Shown here: piece by piece, positions 30,330 through 47,097 of the stretch
Position numbering within the stretch: the first letter of the stretch is position 1
How the letters are laid out: every line of letters begins with the position of its first letter
Assembly (NCBI RefSeq): GCF_009914755.1
Contig: NC_060942.1
Strand: one strand, 5' to 3'
Source of the DNA: the human T2T-CHM13v2.0 reference genome, Homo sapiens
DNA: 64,000 nt
Notes under the pieces: model-generated
Seen by the model: only the letters and a program-made list of their open reading frames with translations
What the model was told of the DNA's origin: nothing
The model's database searches: none
Made by a program: the position numbers and the translations under genes

Positions 30330-33120
30330 CTGATTCTTAACAAATAAATTTTGAAATGAATTGAACAAAATTTGCTTTCCAACTAAATCTGGATTGTCAT
30401 GGAATCCACATCTTATGCTTCAATATGAGGCCATTCTTCTTTAGATGTGGTGTGTACACTCACAATCAGAGCAGCAGAAGTATCAGTCCTGACTTGATTT
30501 TAAACAAGTAGAAGGTTTCAAGGGAAAAGCACGTTCTGACAGCTTCACCGTTTAGCCCTAAAACATGACAGCACTCATGTCTGGACAGGAGGGCTGCTGG
30601 CCTCTGTTTGCACGCAGCGCCAGGCCTGTGCAGGTCCACACAGCCATTCTGCCCCCACCTGCCATCCCAGACTGAGTTTTGTTGCTAACCCCTTCTCTCC
30701 TCAACACTTGACACTTCCTCAGGCAGCAGAGACTTAGGAGAGAACTTTCTACCAGAAAATCTTGGGCTCATGCTGAACAGCCTCACCTGATTATCTAGGA
30801 GCATTTCCAGGAAATCCCCAAGAGCTGCCTGGTCTCTGTTCCTTGCTGGCTTGCAGGCTGACCTGAGGGGAGCCCCGAGGTCTGAGGGAGCATCAGCTGG
30901 AGATGAAGACTCTGCGTGTCTTTGTTTTCTCTGAAGACCCACTTAGCTTACTGAGTCCTTTATTTTTTCAGCTAATTTGTTGGTATCTGTGCATCACAGG
31001 ACACTGATTTTCTGAGAGGGGTCACTTGGAGCTCTTTCTGCCTTTGCCTTCAGTGAGGGAGCACAGCTGGCCTCAGGGAGGGAGCACAGATCATGCGGGC
31101 CTCCTTGTGGCTTTCTCAGGACGCTGCCTCCCTCCGTGTGATGCCTTGGGTGCTGCCAGTGTCCCGTCTATGCTGGTTGCCACATCTGTGACCTGGGTTA
31201 AGAGCCCTTCCCCTTCCTCAGGTGCTGCGGTGAGGATTACAGGTCCAGTGGGGACAGCTGGGCATGCTTCTCTCTCTCCTTTAGATCCAGGAATTCAGGG
31301 TGGGAGACACTTCCTGTCCTGTCCCGCCATCTCCGCATGCCTAGGAGACACCCTCCTGCCTGGCCCTCTCCCCAGTTAGGTGGACACCAGGTCTTCATGG
31401 CTGGGACATGCCCTGGAGAGCCTTGGTGGCAGGGGCAGCCGTGGGCAGTGGCGCTGCTGTGGCTCAGAACAGTGCAGGGAAAGGGGAAAGCAGTGGCTCG
31501 CAGCATTTCGGAAAGAAGCCTTTCCCCACGTTTCAGTACGGGTCTGCACGTTTCCGTCTTCTCTTTGATCGGCTGTGTTAGGAACACCCTTTGCTTCTCT
31601 TTGAGCTTCAGTCACCACGCCTCCCCCTTCCACCTCACACCCCTTCCCACAGCTGCCTGAACCCACCCAGGCCTGGGTAACACGCACACCTTCAGAAAAG
31701 AATATAACTGCCAGTTCGACTATCTATTTCCTTTTAATGTGTCAATAAAACAGTAATTACATTTCATTTGTGCTTAGAGTTATAATTGGATAGAAGCACA
31801 AGTTCACTTGGTGGAACCAAACTCACATATTCAACCCAAAAACAAAAACAGTGAAAATCGACAGTTTCTTAATACAAAGCTAACTTGTCATATGTTTTTT
31901 AAACATATCAATAATTTTCTTTGGAAAATTAATCAGCTGAGGGCTTCGGAGAATTCTTGACCACGCAGCTACATCAAGGCTCTGGGAGTTCCTGCAACAG
32001 GGGCCAGAGCAGGTGCGGTGCCCAGCGGGCTTCTGTGCAGCTCCGGTCCCAGCTCCCTGCAGCCACACAGGCTGACGTGAAGGGTAAAGAAACAGATTTC
32101 CACTTTGAAGGCTTCTAAATGATGCTACCAAACTCTCCTTGCTAGCTCTGAATTTCCAGTCAGTCGTTTCGGTCTTTTTAAGCGACTCCATGAGATGAAC
32201 CGAATGAGGAGGAATGAGGGAGCACTTTCACCTTTTCAATTGAAGAAATAAGAAATACATTGTCCACAAATTTAATTTTCAGAATCTTTTCCTCCATAAC
32301 GTCAATTATTTATGCTCAGTGAAAGAAGAGCAGATGCACAGAATTGCTTGGATATTGGTTATTTTTGTTTAAATTATTTTCATTATTTATATTTTGGCCC
32401 TATACTTTTGTGGCACTCTATTTTTTCACTATTTTTCCTTATCCACACAACACAAAGTATGTATCATCTGTTTCTCACATTTTTTATTTGTTTTTTACAC
32501 ATATGGGTTTATTGTGTTCACAGTAATAAGCTGTTTTTAAAAACTGAAAACATTTTACTAATTACTGAAAGAGGGAAATAAATACAGTACCAAGAAAATG
32601 TCATTTAAAATATTACATCTGTTTTCTATTTTTAAACCTTCATTACTTCCAATTCAACCCTCTAATCACAACTTACACTGCATATTAACTGTTGAACCAG
32701 ATTTATCAGAAACTGTCTTTTATATAACATCATCCAAAAGATAATTCTAGAGAAGGCTGTAAAACAGATGATCGCGATGCACCCTCTCCCAACAGATGCA
32801 CTGTAATGACACAAATATTGTTCTTATTAAATACTCTTTTTCTAATCCATGTGATTCTCTCTTATCTCTTAAATGTCTGTTTGTAGCACATTTTTCCGGG
32901 CTAATGAAATACCATGTGCTTCTGCAGGCATAAGACAATATTTGCGCTAATAATGATGATAGTCCAATATGCTTCATTCAATATTTGAGGATAGGAGTGA
33001 AGGTTCAAGCCCTAAAGAAATGGTATTTTTTATGGTTGTTAGCCTTTTTAAAATTTTTGATGTGCAGCCTAGAAGGGAAATTATACATGAACCCACACTG
33101 AAAAGGAGGGGTTTGAAGTT

Positions 33121-33187
33121 ATGAGTGTAAATGGGAATATAACCAAGAATCATGAGGGTAAATGGGAATATAACCCAGAATCATGAG
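33121..33187. repeat. 31-bp tandem duplication
   Basis: atgag(t/g)gtaaatgggaatataacc(a/c)agaatc twice plus atgag. Confidence 0.93.
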
Positions 33188-33619
33188 TTAAAATATATTA
33201 GACCAAAAACAATGCCGAGCTAGAGAAAGAAACATGTAGAATATAAGATATTGGTTTTTAATATTGTTGGGTGAACATCCCAAGTATCTAATAAAAATCT
33301 TCAAAGCCTGAAGCCTGGAAAACTTCCTTTATGACCAAATATGCAAAAAGTTGTCTATAATTTCAAGTTGACAGACCCTCTGAAATTCATCTACTAGTCC
33401 CATAAACCCCATGTTAATTATACTAGATATAGAGCTATCTAATGAAAGTTCTTCACATATGATATCTAACCGAGAGCTCATTGTATCTGTCGGAATACTT
33501 TCAATGGGAATCCTGAAACAATCTGACTCTGAAAGAAATTAATCTTCTGGCTCTTTTCTGAACTTTCTAACTATTCGTTCTCAGCATCTTCACATTTCCT
33601 GATATTTTAAAAAGATTTT

Positions 33620-33870
33620 TAAAGTCTATTATGCATAATTTAAGGTATATAACACAATATTGTGGGATACATATGTATCATTAAATGGTTACTATGGTGA
33701 AACTAATTAATAAGTCTGTCATTTCACATTGTTGCCATTTCCCCCTCCTGTGGCAAGAGCAGCCGTCATTTACTCATTTCACAAAAGTCCTGAGAGCAAC
33801 GCACGATTATCAACCACAGGCCGCATGTTGGCCATTACATCCTGAGACACGTTCATCCATCATATCTGCT
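33620..33870 (-). mobile_element. L1MA-type 3' end fragment
   Basis: tttaaggtatataacac...aaatggttactatggtgaaactaattaa...gcaagagcagc. Confidence 0.65.
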
Positions 33871-33899
33871 GCTTCACTCCTCCATCCTGTGGAATATGC

Positions 33900-37400
<3,501 letters not shown>

Positions 37401-37634
37401 ACAAACTTTCTACCCCTGCTTCAATTTCAGCCTTAACCACATGACAGCAAAACTCACCACGTCTGCACCCACCCTGTGAGGACGCCCTGGGTACCTGCTC
37501 TTCCCATTGGTTGTCTTGGCCCCTTGCACAGTGACTCATTGTTTAAGATCCAGTGGAAATGCCACCTTCATGGTGAAGGCTCAAATAGAAATTATTTACT
37601 CCCCCTCACCCAAATCAAAACATTCTCTTTATAT

Positions 37635-38158
37635 CAGTGGTCCCCAACATTTTTGGCACCAGGGACTGGTTTCATGGAAGACAGTTTTTCCACAGTCGGG
37701 GTTGAGGGTGGTTTCAGGATGATTCAAACCCATTGCATTTATTGTGCACTTTCTTTCTACTATTATTACATTGTAATATGTAATGAAACAATTATACAAC
37801 TCACCATAATGTAGAATCAGTGGGAGCCCTGAGCTTGTTTTCCTCCAACTAGGTGGTCCCATCTGGGGGTGATGGGAGACAGTGACCGATCATCAGGCAT
37901 TAGATTCTCATGAGAAGCTTGCAGCCTAGATCCCTCACAGGCACAGTTCACAATAGGGTTCACGCTCCTATGAGAATCTAATGCCGCTACCGATATGACA
38001 GGAGGTGGGGCTCAGGCGGTAATGCCAGTGATGAGGAGTGGCTGTAAATGCAGATGAAGCTTTGCTTGCTCACCCACCACTCACCTCCTGCTGTGCTGTG
38101 CAGCTCCGTTTCCGACAGGCCTCGGACAAGTACCATAGCCTGGGGTGTGGGACCCCTG
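37635..38158 (+). mobile_element. MER1A (hAT-Charlie) MITE
   Basis: cagtggtccccaac...tttggcaccagggactgg...gtagaatcagtgggagccctgagc...gggacccctg; 524 bp with terminal inverted repeats. Confidence 0.93.
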
Positions 38159-40195
38159 TTTTATCCTTTTAATTTTACTTATTAGCATACTATACTTACA
38201 ATATTTGGAGGTTTCTTCAGTAGCACAACCTATCAGACACAGCATTGACTGAAGAACCCTCTACGTTCTTCCTGAGTATTCTCTTTGTACACATATAGGG
38301 AGTCGTGAGGACTTAAGAAGGTCTCCCTTACGTGTCCAGGTCCCCAGAATCTGCAGGTCAGTGAAGGGCAAATGCACCAGCCTGCCCTCCCCACAGCCTC
38401 ACCCCAGACACTGCCTGCCACTGAGGAGCTGCAGGAGGGCCCTACCATGTGTGTAGGTCTTTTTGCTAGTACCTAGCAGAGTACCTTGCATATAAAGAGG
38501 GATAAAAAGGTGCAAAATCGAATGGAATTTTCGTGATATGAATACTTTGCTTCTGTTTTTTAAACAAATATCAACAGTAATAACAAACACTGCAGAGACC
38601 ATTCTAGTTCTTTCAGCAAATCACTTTTTCTTCATCCCAGACCTAAAGAAATAATTATAACTTTTTATATTTAGGCATATTCTATTTTCATGTGTCATTC
38701 TTAATACACTACTAAGGTCTATACAGGCAATTTTAAAATCTAGGACTGTTGTTTATGGTGTTAGCCACCTCCAGACTGTGGCTATCTGCAAATTGAATGA
38801 GCTGGTCTTGGTTCATTTCTAAATAATTCATATATATTTTTACTAAGACAGGGCTAAGAATATAGCTCAAAGGAAGAAAATTAGAGCCTCCTCCTAAAAT
38901 GGCCAAAAATCATTAATGAATACACTCCAGGTGGCTTAGCCAGCGAGGAGCCTCTTCTGAACACAACCAGCCGAGGTTGTAAGAGCAAACGCAGGCCACG
39001 TGCAGCTGGAGGAGCCCACGTCTCCCGCCATCTCCTTCAGCTCGTCCTCCACCTCTCCAAACGCAGATTTCATTGAGCAATAAAAAGGAAGGGAAATGAA
39101 AATTCATTTATTATTGAAAGCAAAAGAGCAGAGTAATTGAATCAAAACAAGATGATTAATACGTTTGCTTCATTTAAGACTTGTAAACTGCTGTTGTGCT
39201 CAGCTGTTTTTATTTACGATGAATATCGTCCCATAGTTGCTTTGAAGTTGAAGAAGTTGGGAAAATATAAATGAAAAGGCATTTAAAAAAAATAAAAGAA
39301 CAAAGAATATATTAGCGTTCTATCTTCTTGAGCTTTTAGTGAATTACATTGCTCTAGGTTGATTTTTTTTTATAGGAATTAGAAAAATAGTGATTTCCTC
39401 TGTGATTTTCTCCCCTGGACCTGGCCTGCTGCAGGCTTGGCACCTCTCTCTCTTCAGGTCCTGTTTCAAGCCTGAGCATGCGCAGCAAGCTGCCTTGGGG
39501 GAGGATTCCTGAGCAGTCAGGGCTGGGAACCTGGGGAGAAGGCCAGGAGTGCAGAAGGTGCTGGAGGGACCCACATGGAACCAGGCAGAGCATCTGCGGG
39601 GTGGGGAATTGAACCAGGAAGCATGAGCGTGGAGAGTTTGCAGCAGCAGAGATGGCACACAACTCCCTACACGACCACCCATGGCCCATCCTATGGTGGC
39701 AAACAGCTTCCCATCTCAAGGCCACAGCTCTGCATTCTGTGACAGTGCAGAGGTTGCCATTGTTAAAATCAAGGGGAAAAGGAGACAATGAACCAGTGAA
39801 AATTATCAAAGAAATAAAGTTAGAAAATCTCCAGGAACCATAGGGACCACACAGGCAGAGCAGCTACCCAGGAAAGAGAATTTTACATGGAGTCCACGGG
39901 GCCTTTCATCCAGGGAGGGCGAGAGGGTCCTGAAAACTTCGGGAGAATAAGGGTGAGGTGTCAGAAGGGCATCAGATCTCTCCAAAGGATCACTGGACAC
40001 TGAACAACACAGAGCAGTCCTTCAGAATTATCAAGGAAAAATTTTTTAAAACTTAGAATTTTATACCCAGACCAAGTATGAATATGGGATAAGGGCATTT
40101 TGAAGACATGTAAGGACAAAATAAACTTAACTCCTATACAACTCTGGAGGAAACACAAGCAGAGAAAACACTGTGGCTAAGAAACCCCGGGTTTT

Positions 40196-41375
40196 TATAC
40201 AAAAATTAACTCAAGATGGATTAAAGACTTAAATGTAAAATCCAGAACCATAAAAACTCTAGAAGAAAATCCAGGTAATACCATTCAGGACATAGGCATG
40301 GGCAAAGATTTCATGATGAAAACACCAAAAGCAATTGCAACAAAAGCAAAAATTGACAAATAGGATCTAATTAAACTAAAGAGCTTCTGCACAGCAAAAG
40401 TAACTATCATCAGAGTGAACAGAAAACCTACAGAATTGGAGAAAAATTTTGCAATCTATCCATCTGGCAAATGTCTAACATCCAGAGTCTACAAGGAACT
40501 TAAACAAGTGTGCAATAAAAAAAAACTACTCTATTAAAAAGTGGGCAAAGGACCTGAACAGACACTTCTCAAAAGAAGACATTTATTTGGCCATGAAAAA
40601 TAGCTCAACACCACTTATCGTTAGAGCCACTCAAATCAAAACCACAGTGAGATACCATCTCATGCCAGTTAGAATGGTGGTTATCAAAAAGTCAAAAACA
40701 ATAGATGTTGGTAAGGTTGCAGAGAAAAAGGAATGCTTTTACACTGTTGGTGGGAGTGTAAATTAGTTCAACCATTGTAGAAGACAGTGTGGCAATTCCT
40801 CAGAGATCTAGAAGCACAAATACCATTTGACCCAGCAACCCCATTACTGGGTATATATCCAAAGGAATATGAATTGTTCTATTATGAAGACATATGCACA
40901 AGTATGTTCATTGCAGCACTATTCACAATAGCAAACTCATGAAACTCATGGAATCAGCCCAAATGCCCATCAGTGATAGATTAGATAAAGAAAATGTGGT
41001 ACATATATACCACGAAATCCTATGCAGCCATAAAAATGAACGAGATTATGTCCTGTGCAGGGACATGGATGGAGCTGGAAGCCATTATCCTCAGCAAACT
41101 AACACAGGAACAGAAAACCAAACACCACATGTTCTCACTTATAAGTGGGAGCTGAATGATGAGAACACATGGACACATCAGGGGGAACAACACACACTGG
41201 GGCCTGTTGGGGAGGGTGGGAGAAGACAGAGCATCAGGAAGAATGGCTAAGGGATGCTGGGCTTAATATCTAGGTGATGGGTTGACAGGTGCAGCAAGTC
41301 ACCACGGCACATGTTTACCTGTGTAACATCCTGCACATGTATCCTGGAACTTAAAATAAAAGTTGAAGAAAATAA
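40196..41375 (+). mobile_element. 5'-truncated L1PA (about L1PA11-13 age), ORF2 C-terminus and 3' UTR
   Basis: aactcaagatggattaaagacttaaatgt...gagcttctgcacagcaaaag...gttctcacttataagtgggagctga...aacttaaaataaaagttgaag; reading frame disrupted. Confidence 0.93.
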
Positions 41376-41387
41376 ACAAACAAACAA

Positions 41388-41676
41388 GGCAGGGCGTGGT
41401 GGCTCACGCCTGTAATCCCAGCACTTTAGGAGGCCAAGGCAGGTGGATCATGAGGTCAAGAGATCAAGACCATCCTGGCTAACACATTGAAACCCCGTCT
41501 CTACTAGAAATGCAAAAATTAGCTGGGAGTGGTGGCGGGTGCCTGTAGTTCCAGTTACTCAGGAGGCTGAGGCAGGAGAATGGCATGAACCCAGGAGGTG
41601 GAACTTGCAGTGAGCAGAGATCGCGCCACTGCACTCCTGCCTGGGCGACAGAGCGAAACTCCGTCTCAAAAAAAAG
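41388..41676 (+). mobile_element. AluY-like SINE inserted in the L1 tail
   Basis: Full dimer with agaatggcatgaaccc; TSD aaaca(a/g)acaaacaa. Confidence 0.96.
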
Positions 41677-42275
41677 AAACAGACAAACAAAAAGAAACAC
41701 CAGGCACAGAGAGGCAAAGGGAACATTTAACAAGAAGATGTGAGGAAGGTGCAGAAGAGAACAACAGTCACGCGGTGCCTGCAGTGCAGCCCCAGTTGCA
41801 GTGGAGATTTTCTGGAAGAATAAAAGAGCTTTAGTTGCAGTGACATAGGACCGTCAGTTTGACCATATCGAGAAAATACAGGATCCTGTCGGAAACGTTA
41901 GGGGTGAATTATTGATAAACATACAGAAGAGTAAGCTAATGAAAAGACAATTACTAATTCCAAGAAAAAAAGAAATTGGCACAGAAGAGTATCTGTACTA
42001 GGAAGGTCAGCAGTGAATAAACATACAACCATGTGAGAGTGTTTCTATTATGATTTAACAAAAGTATCCTAATGTGCATTTGGAGAATGAAGAGAGAGGA
42101 TGTGTGCTTGTGTGTTTATAGGGAGGGTTAAGAGAGCTAAATTCTCTTCCTTGGTCAGATCCCATGGATAATGTTTGAAATGAGAACAGAAGACAGTATG
42201 AGGATGTGATTTTCATATTAGAAACCAAACGTCAGATGAAACAGCTTCTGGGTTTGAAAACGGGTTCCTGTGGGT

Positions 42276-42490
42276 CACAGATTGGCACGCTTTTTCTGTG
42301 AAGAGGCAGACAGCAAACATTTGTGGATTTTCCACATTCAGTGGAAAATAATTAATTCTAGTGTTACAGCATGAAAACAGACTTAGACAATACAAAAGAA
42401 ATGCTCAGGACTGCAGTCCCCAAAGAACCATGATTTACAGAAATATCTGCTGATTTGTATTTGGCCCTTGGAGGGCATTTGCTGTCCCTG
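42276..42490. mobile_element. MER58A-like (hAT-Charlie) MITE
   Basis: ggcacgctttttctgtgaagaggcagacag...tagacaatac...atttggccc...tttgctgtccctg. Confidence 0.7.
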
Positions 42491-42633
42491 CCTCTCAATA
42501 GGAGGTGAAATCTGGGGACTAGGGCCGTGTCTGCTGCTGCTTCACTGGTCTCGAGAATCGTCTGACTTTTAATAATATTTTATATATTCCTTGGGAAAGA
42601 AATCTAAATTTAATTTTTTTAAATATGACATTT

Positions 42634-42927
42634 GGCTGGGCACAGTGGTTCACACCTGTAATCCCACATTTTGAGAGGCCAAGGAGGGAGGATCTCTTGA
42701 GTCCAGGAGTTTGCCCAGCCTGGGCAATACAGTGAGACCCCATCTCTACAAAAACTTAAAACTTAGCTGATGTCATGGGCCTCCCTGACTGAAGTTCCAG
42801 CTACTTGGGAGGCTGAGGTGGGAGGACAGCTTGAGCCAGGGAGGTTGAGGCTGCAGTGAGCTATGGCCACACCCCACTCCATTCTGGTCTGGGCAAAAGA
42901 GAAAGACCCTGTCTCAAAAAAAAAAAA
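42634..42927 (+). mobile_element. AluJ SINE
   Basis: ggaggatctcttgagtccaggag, gaggttgaggctgcagtgagctatg, gaccctgtctc plus A-tail. Confidence 0.93.
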
Positions 42928-43944
42928 GGTATTTGTCTTTTCCTGGACTAAAGGAAGGGAACATATTTTGGATTAAGAGAGCACACTGTGTTTCAGGGAA
43001 ATACGATACAATCAGCAGTGGGTACATATCACATGCCTTGTGGTCGAGAAGAAGAAAAAAAAAGGTTTTACAATTTTTAATGGAAATACTGTAAAAAGAA
43101 ATATTCCGGTCATCAGAGCCTATATATCTCCTTTAATTACATATTATCTGCATGTGTTAGATACTGTTGGAGCAAATAGCTTAGCGGAAGACAGAGTAAC
43201 TGTCAGAAAGAAAAGCTCTGCCCCTCCTGCCTCTCCGTCTGGGAACAACTGTTCCAGTCCATTGACAGCGTCAGGACCTTCTAGAGTTTGAGACCAAGCT
43301 GAGCCTAAACGCAGCACAGAAGAGGGGCTTTCTTATAAAGCCTGTCTCCTCAGAGTCCCCTTCTCCTGCCCAGATCTGGTTTCAAGCCCAGATGTTTGAG
43401 TCTCGGGTTTTGACCTGTTCTTCTGTGTCCACTTCACGACAGTGGTTCTGTCCTGTGCCCAACACTGGACGATTAACACACGATCTTGGGTTCATGAGTC
43501 CACCGGGGCTCAGCCTCCACCGTGGAGGGCTTCCTCCCGCCACCCCTGGAATCGCTCCACCTGGACCCCAGGCCCCAGACAGGAGTGTGGCCGTTTGACC
43601 AGGCAGCCTGCTGGACTAGGCACCGCTCAGGGTTCGGGCGGGAGCAGCTCCCTGACACACTGGTGCTTGTGCACTTCGGGCTTGGCATTGTGTGTGGACT
43701 CCTGTCCCAGCCTTAGTTGCACCGGCCGCTCCTGCTTCAGAAATGATTTTTGGGGAGCTTAGCGCCTAAGCAGGCCTCCTGCCTCCCCCAGGCTTGTCAG
43801 CAGGATGCCCAGGCATAGCTGGACACTGCCCCTGCTCTTGTTCCGTAGCCCTGAGCCCGAGGCCTGTCAGCAACTGGTATCTCCTGGGAGGGGGACTCTG
43901 ACAGTAGCAATGAGTGTCTGGTCTGTGGGACAAACAACTCTCAT

Positions 43945-43989
43945 CAAAGCATACTGTCGAACAAACAAAGCATACTGTCGAACAAACAA
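43945..43989. repeat. Perfect 21-bp tandem duplication
   Basis: caaagcatactgtcgaacaaa twice plus caa. Confidence 0.96.
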
Positions 43990-44840
43990 TTGCTAGTTTT
44001 CTTTCATTTCCATGTTACTGATGTGATTATAGGTTAATATTACTATTGCCATTTAAAAAGAGTATAAATCCACCAAGACAAGGGCAGGGACAAAGCAGTC
44101 TACCCTATGTTTCCTGGACTTTACTGTGAATTGGTTTGGACCTTTGCCTTTCTGCCTTGGCCTCAATGAGTTTTCTTACATCACAAGTCGGTTATTATAG
44201 GTATTAAAGTCAAAAGCATTTTACAAATGTTAAAACCATTCCAGGTGCACCAGAAATAAGGTTTATCCCCAACTCCATCTTTTAGCAAAGCCTCCATTTT
44301 TCTTCTCAGAAATATTTTGCATTCTGCATGAATTCTGACGGCAGTGGATTTTGTAAACTTGATTTACATTAGAAGTGCGGGTGGAACATCCCATCTCAGT
44401 GGGCATCGTATGAGAGACCTGGGGTAGGATTCGGGGCAGAAGGCCGGGCCCGCAGGCTGACTCCGACAGCCTCAGAACCTCCAGCCCAAGTGAGACGGCG
44501 AGCTTGAAAGTGGCATTTTTTGACAGAGTTCCACCCTATGAAGAGAGTCAACCAAGTGGGGAGTGAAAAATTCATTTTCTGACAGGGGTGTCAGCACAAT
44601 CATCAGACGCCAACAACAACAAATCCATCGCGGGGTGAAAACCTGACAGGGTGGAAAACAAGGGCCTTGGAGGCTGATCTTTCCCTCTCAGCTGTCCAGA
44701 AACATCATTTCACAGCTATTATTGCCCCTGCTGGTTCGACAGACTGTGGACCTCAGAGTCTCTTCTTGTTATTGAACTCACACAAGAAACCAAACAAATG
44801 TAAGAGCAATTGGGGCTTATCCGTGATCCACAGAAATGAT

Positions 44841-45270
44841 TGCTACGTTCCCTGCAGAACGGACGGCAGTCGCTGGACAGGGCCCCAGAGCGCCTGGGTG
44901 CGGTCAGCTCCGCGGACTCCCCCCGGGACACCTGCCCAGCTGCGGCCGACCCCGGGGCGCACACCCTCCGGGATGAAGACGGCACGCCTGCTGCGCACGG
45001 TGGCTGTGCTGTGCTTTCCAGAGACACCAAAGATCCAGCAAGCCCCGGTTTGTGTCGAGTGTCACGGGAATGGAGATGCCTTAAGGCTCCGGCTTGGACG
45101 GCCTGTTGTTCGCGTGCTGAGTGCACTCTGTGGGCCCGAGCGCCGAGGGTCCCATTTCGCACACAGCATGGAGTGGGTGAGCTCCTCAACTGTAAAATGA
45201 AGCCGTCAGAGCACAGCGTGAGAATGTATTAGAGACAGTTACACGAGGGGCCCCAGCACGGCGCTCACAC
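44841..45270. promoter_or_regulatory. Small CpG-island-like region
   Basis: About 34 CpGs in 430 bp by manual count, GC-rich, largely outside young repeats. Confidence 0.65.
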
Positions 45271-45344
45271 TTTCAATTGGTAAAATAATGTCTGTACAAA
45301 TTGTTTTTGGTACATTAAGTACCTTTCACAGCCAAAATTAATAA

Positions 45345-45501
45345 AAGAAGAAGAAGAAAAAAAAAAGAAGGAAAAAAACAAAACGACACAGAGACACAGA
45401 TCGGTACACACGAAACACAACCAGTTTCTTCTCCGGCAAAGTAATTTCATGCAGAAATTTTTTATTGAGATTGTTTCTCCAGTTGACAGATCTAGTGTAC
45501 A
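45345..45501 (-). terminator. Candidate cleavage/polyadenylation site
   Basis: Minus strand: TGTA (45501-45498), AATAAA (45466-45461), then a long GT/T-rich downstream element (45422-45345). Confidence 0.4.
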
Positions 45502-47097
45502 ATGATAAATGACAATGTGCCAGGCAGCTTGTCAGGCTGTGCTGAGGGAAATCTCACCGAAACTCCTCGATAATAACGGTAAGTACGCGTTCCTTCCAAC
45601 AGAAGGTATTTTAAGCTTGTAAGCACAGGGGCCGAGCAAAGTGGTATTAAATAGCAGTGAGATGAAGCTGAGCAGAGATTTATAAACGTGTAGGAGTCTA
45701 ACAGCTCTCTACTGGCTATGACACTCTGACAAGGAAACAAGGGTTATGAAAAATGACCTGACTGTGTCGCTAAATTATGTATTTCAAAGGTTTCAGCAGC
45801 CCGGTGTCAGAGCTCCTTCAGTGAATGCGACGGAAAAGCTATGAATATGATCACAAACCCTCAATGCGTCGGTGTCTGGAGGAGGCCTGCACAACACCAT
45901 TGATGGGCAATGACACTTTGCAAAGTTGCCCAGTTCAAAGGGAAGATTAATTACAGTCTGAGACCTTAAACCGCATGCAAGTAAGTGGCACTTAACAGCC
46001 AAATCCTGAGGATAGGAGGCTGGTCTTGAGCAAACTTTCTGCAGCCTGGCTCCCGACGGCAGGTCTCGGTCATCCTGGGTTTCACTGCTGGGTCCTCCCT
46101 GTCTGGATGATAACAGGCCAGCATGTCAGGGAGAGCTGGTTTCTTTGGGGAGCGTGACAGGCATGCCAGCCAGGTGTCCCCTGTGAAAGCTGTATCCCAA
46201 CAGACCTGTCTTACCAGCTACACGCGTGGGGCAGTATCTCCCTGAGAAATATCCCTGCTATGATGGTAGATCAAAGTGTGGCTTTCCCAAAACTACAAAG
46301 TGAAACAATAGGTCACTGTCTGCTCTGTGGGGCGATTGGTTTAAAAGCAGGATGAAGAGAATCAGGGCTCTCTGCAGCCACGTCGGAAGCACTGCATTTT
46401 ACTGAGCAGAAATCAATGCAAATCAATGACAAATCCTGTTGCATGACGAGAACCTTGGATTCTGGTCTTTTATCTGATCCCAGTGAAAGAACAAGACCCT
46501 CCATCTCTGGGGCATCAGTTTCTTCATCTGTAAAATGAGAGGGTGGGTCCCTGAGGCCAGAGCCACCTTTAGAGTTGGGGAGAGAATTGGTTTCCTTCAC
46601 AGGCCAATTGTTTTCAAAGTTCAGCACACATATCCGGAGGAGTCTGTGCTTTCTATTCTAGAACTAACTGGAGATATTTACAACTTTTATGCTCATGTGT
46701 AAAATGGAAGCATGGTCCTGAAATTGGCAGGCTCCTCAGAGGTTGAGTTTAGACAGAGTGCAGAGTTCTGGTCTACCCCACCTGGTCCTCAGGGCAGTGG
46801 CTCCAAGGAGAAGAGGGCTGCATGTCGGCAGCTCGGCACCTCACAGGTGCTGGGGGGATCGGCCCTGCTGAAAGCCTGGCCATCTGGCTGGCCGCACAGA
46901 CCTGAAAGGCTTTGCTCTGGACACACTGCAGCGGTCAGTACTGGGGAACCATTGTCCAGTGCAGGTGCATCGTCTCACGTGAACCTCTACACAGCAATCA
47001 CTCTTCCCTCTACAGAAGGCGTGGCCAGGAGGTGTGGACTGTGGATAAAGCCATGATAGTTAGTAGAGAAGGCTGCAGCTGGCCAGGACCCCAGAGG

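Noticed and set aside
40196-41250. L1 ORF2 as a functional CDS
   Set aside because: 5'-truncated and frame-disrupted; only a relic.
44667-45232. 177-, 156- and 130-aa ORFs over the CpG island
   Set aside because: Open frames on both strands are expected in GC-rich DNA; no recognisable protein.
45340-45383. Plus-strand AATAAA followed by an A-rich tract (processed pseudogene tail or poly(A) site)
   Set aside because: No TSD or upstream mRNA-like ORF, no downstream GU-rich element on +, and the genomic A-tract would cause internal-priming artefacts.
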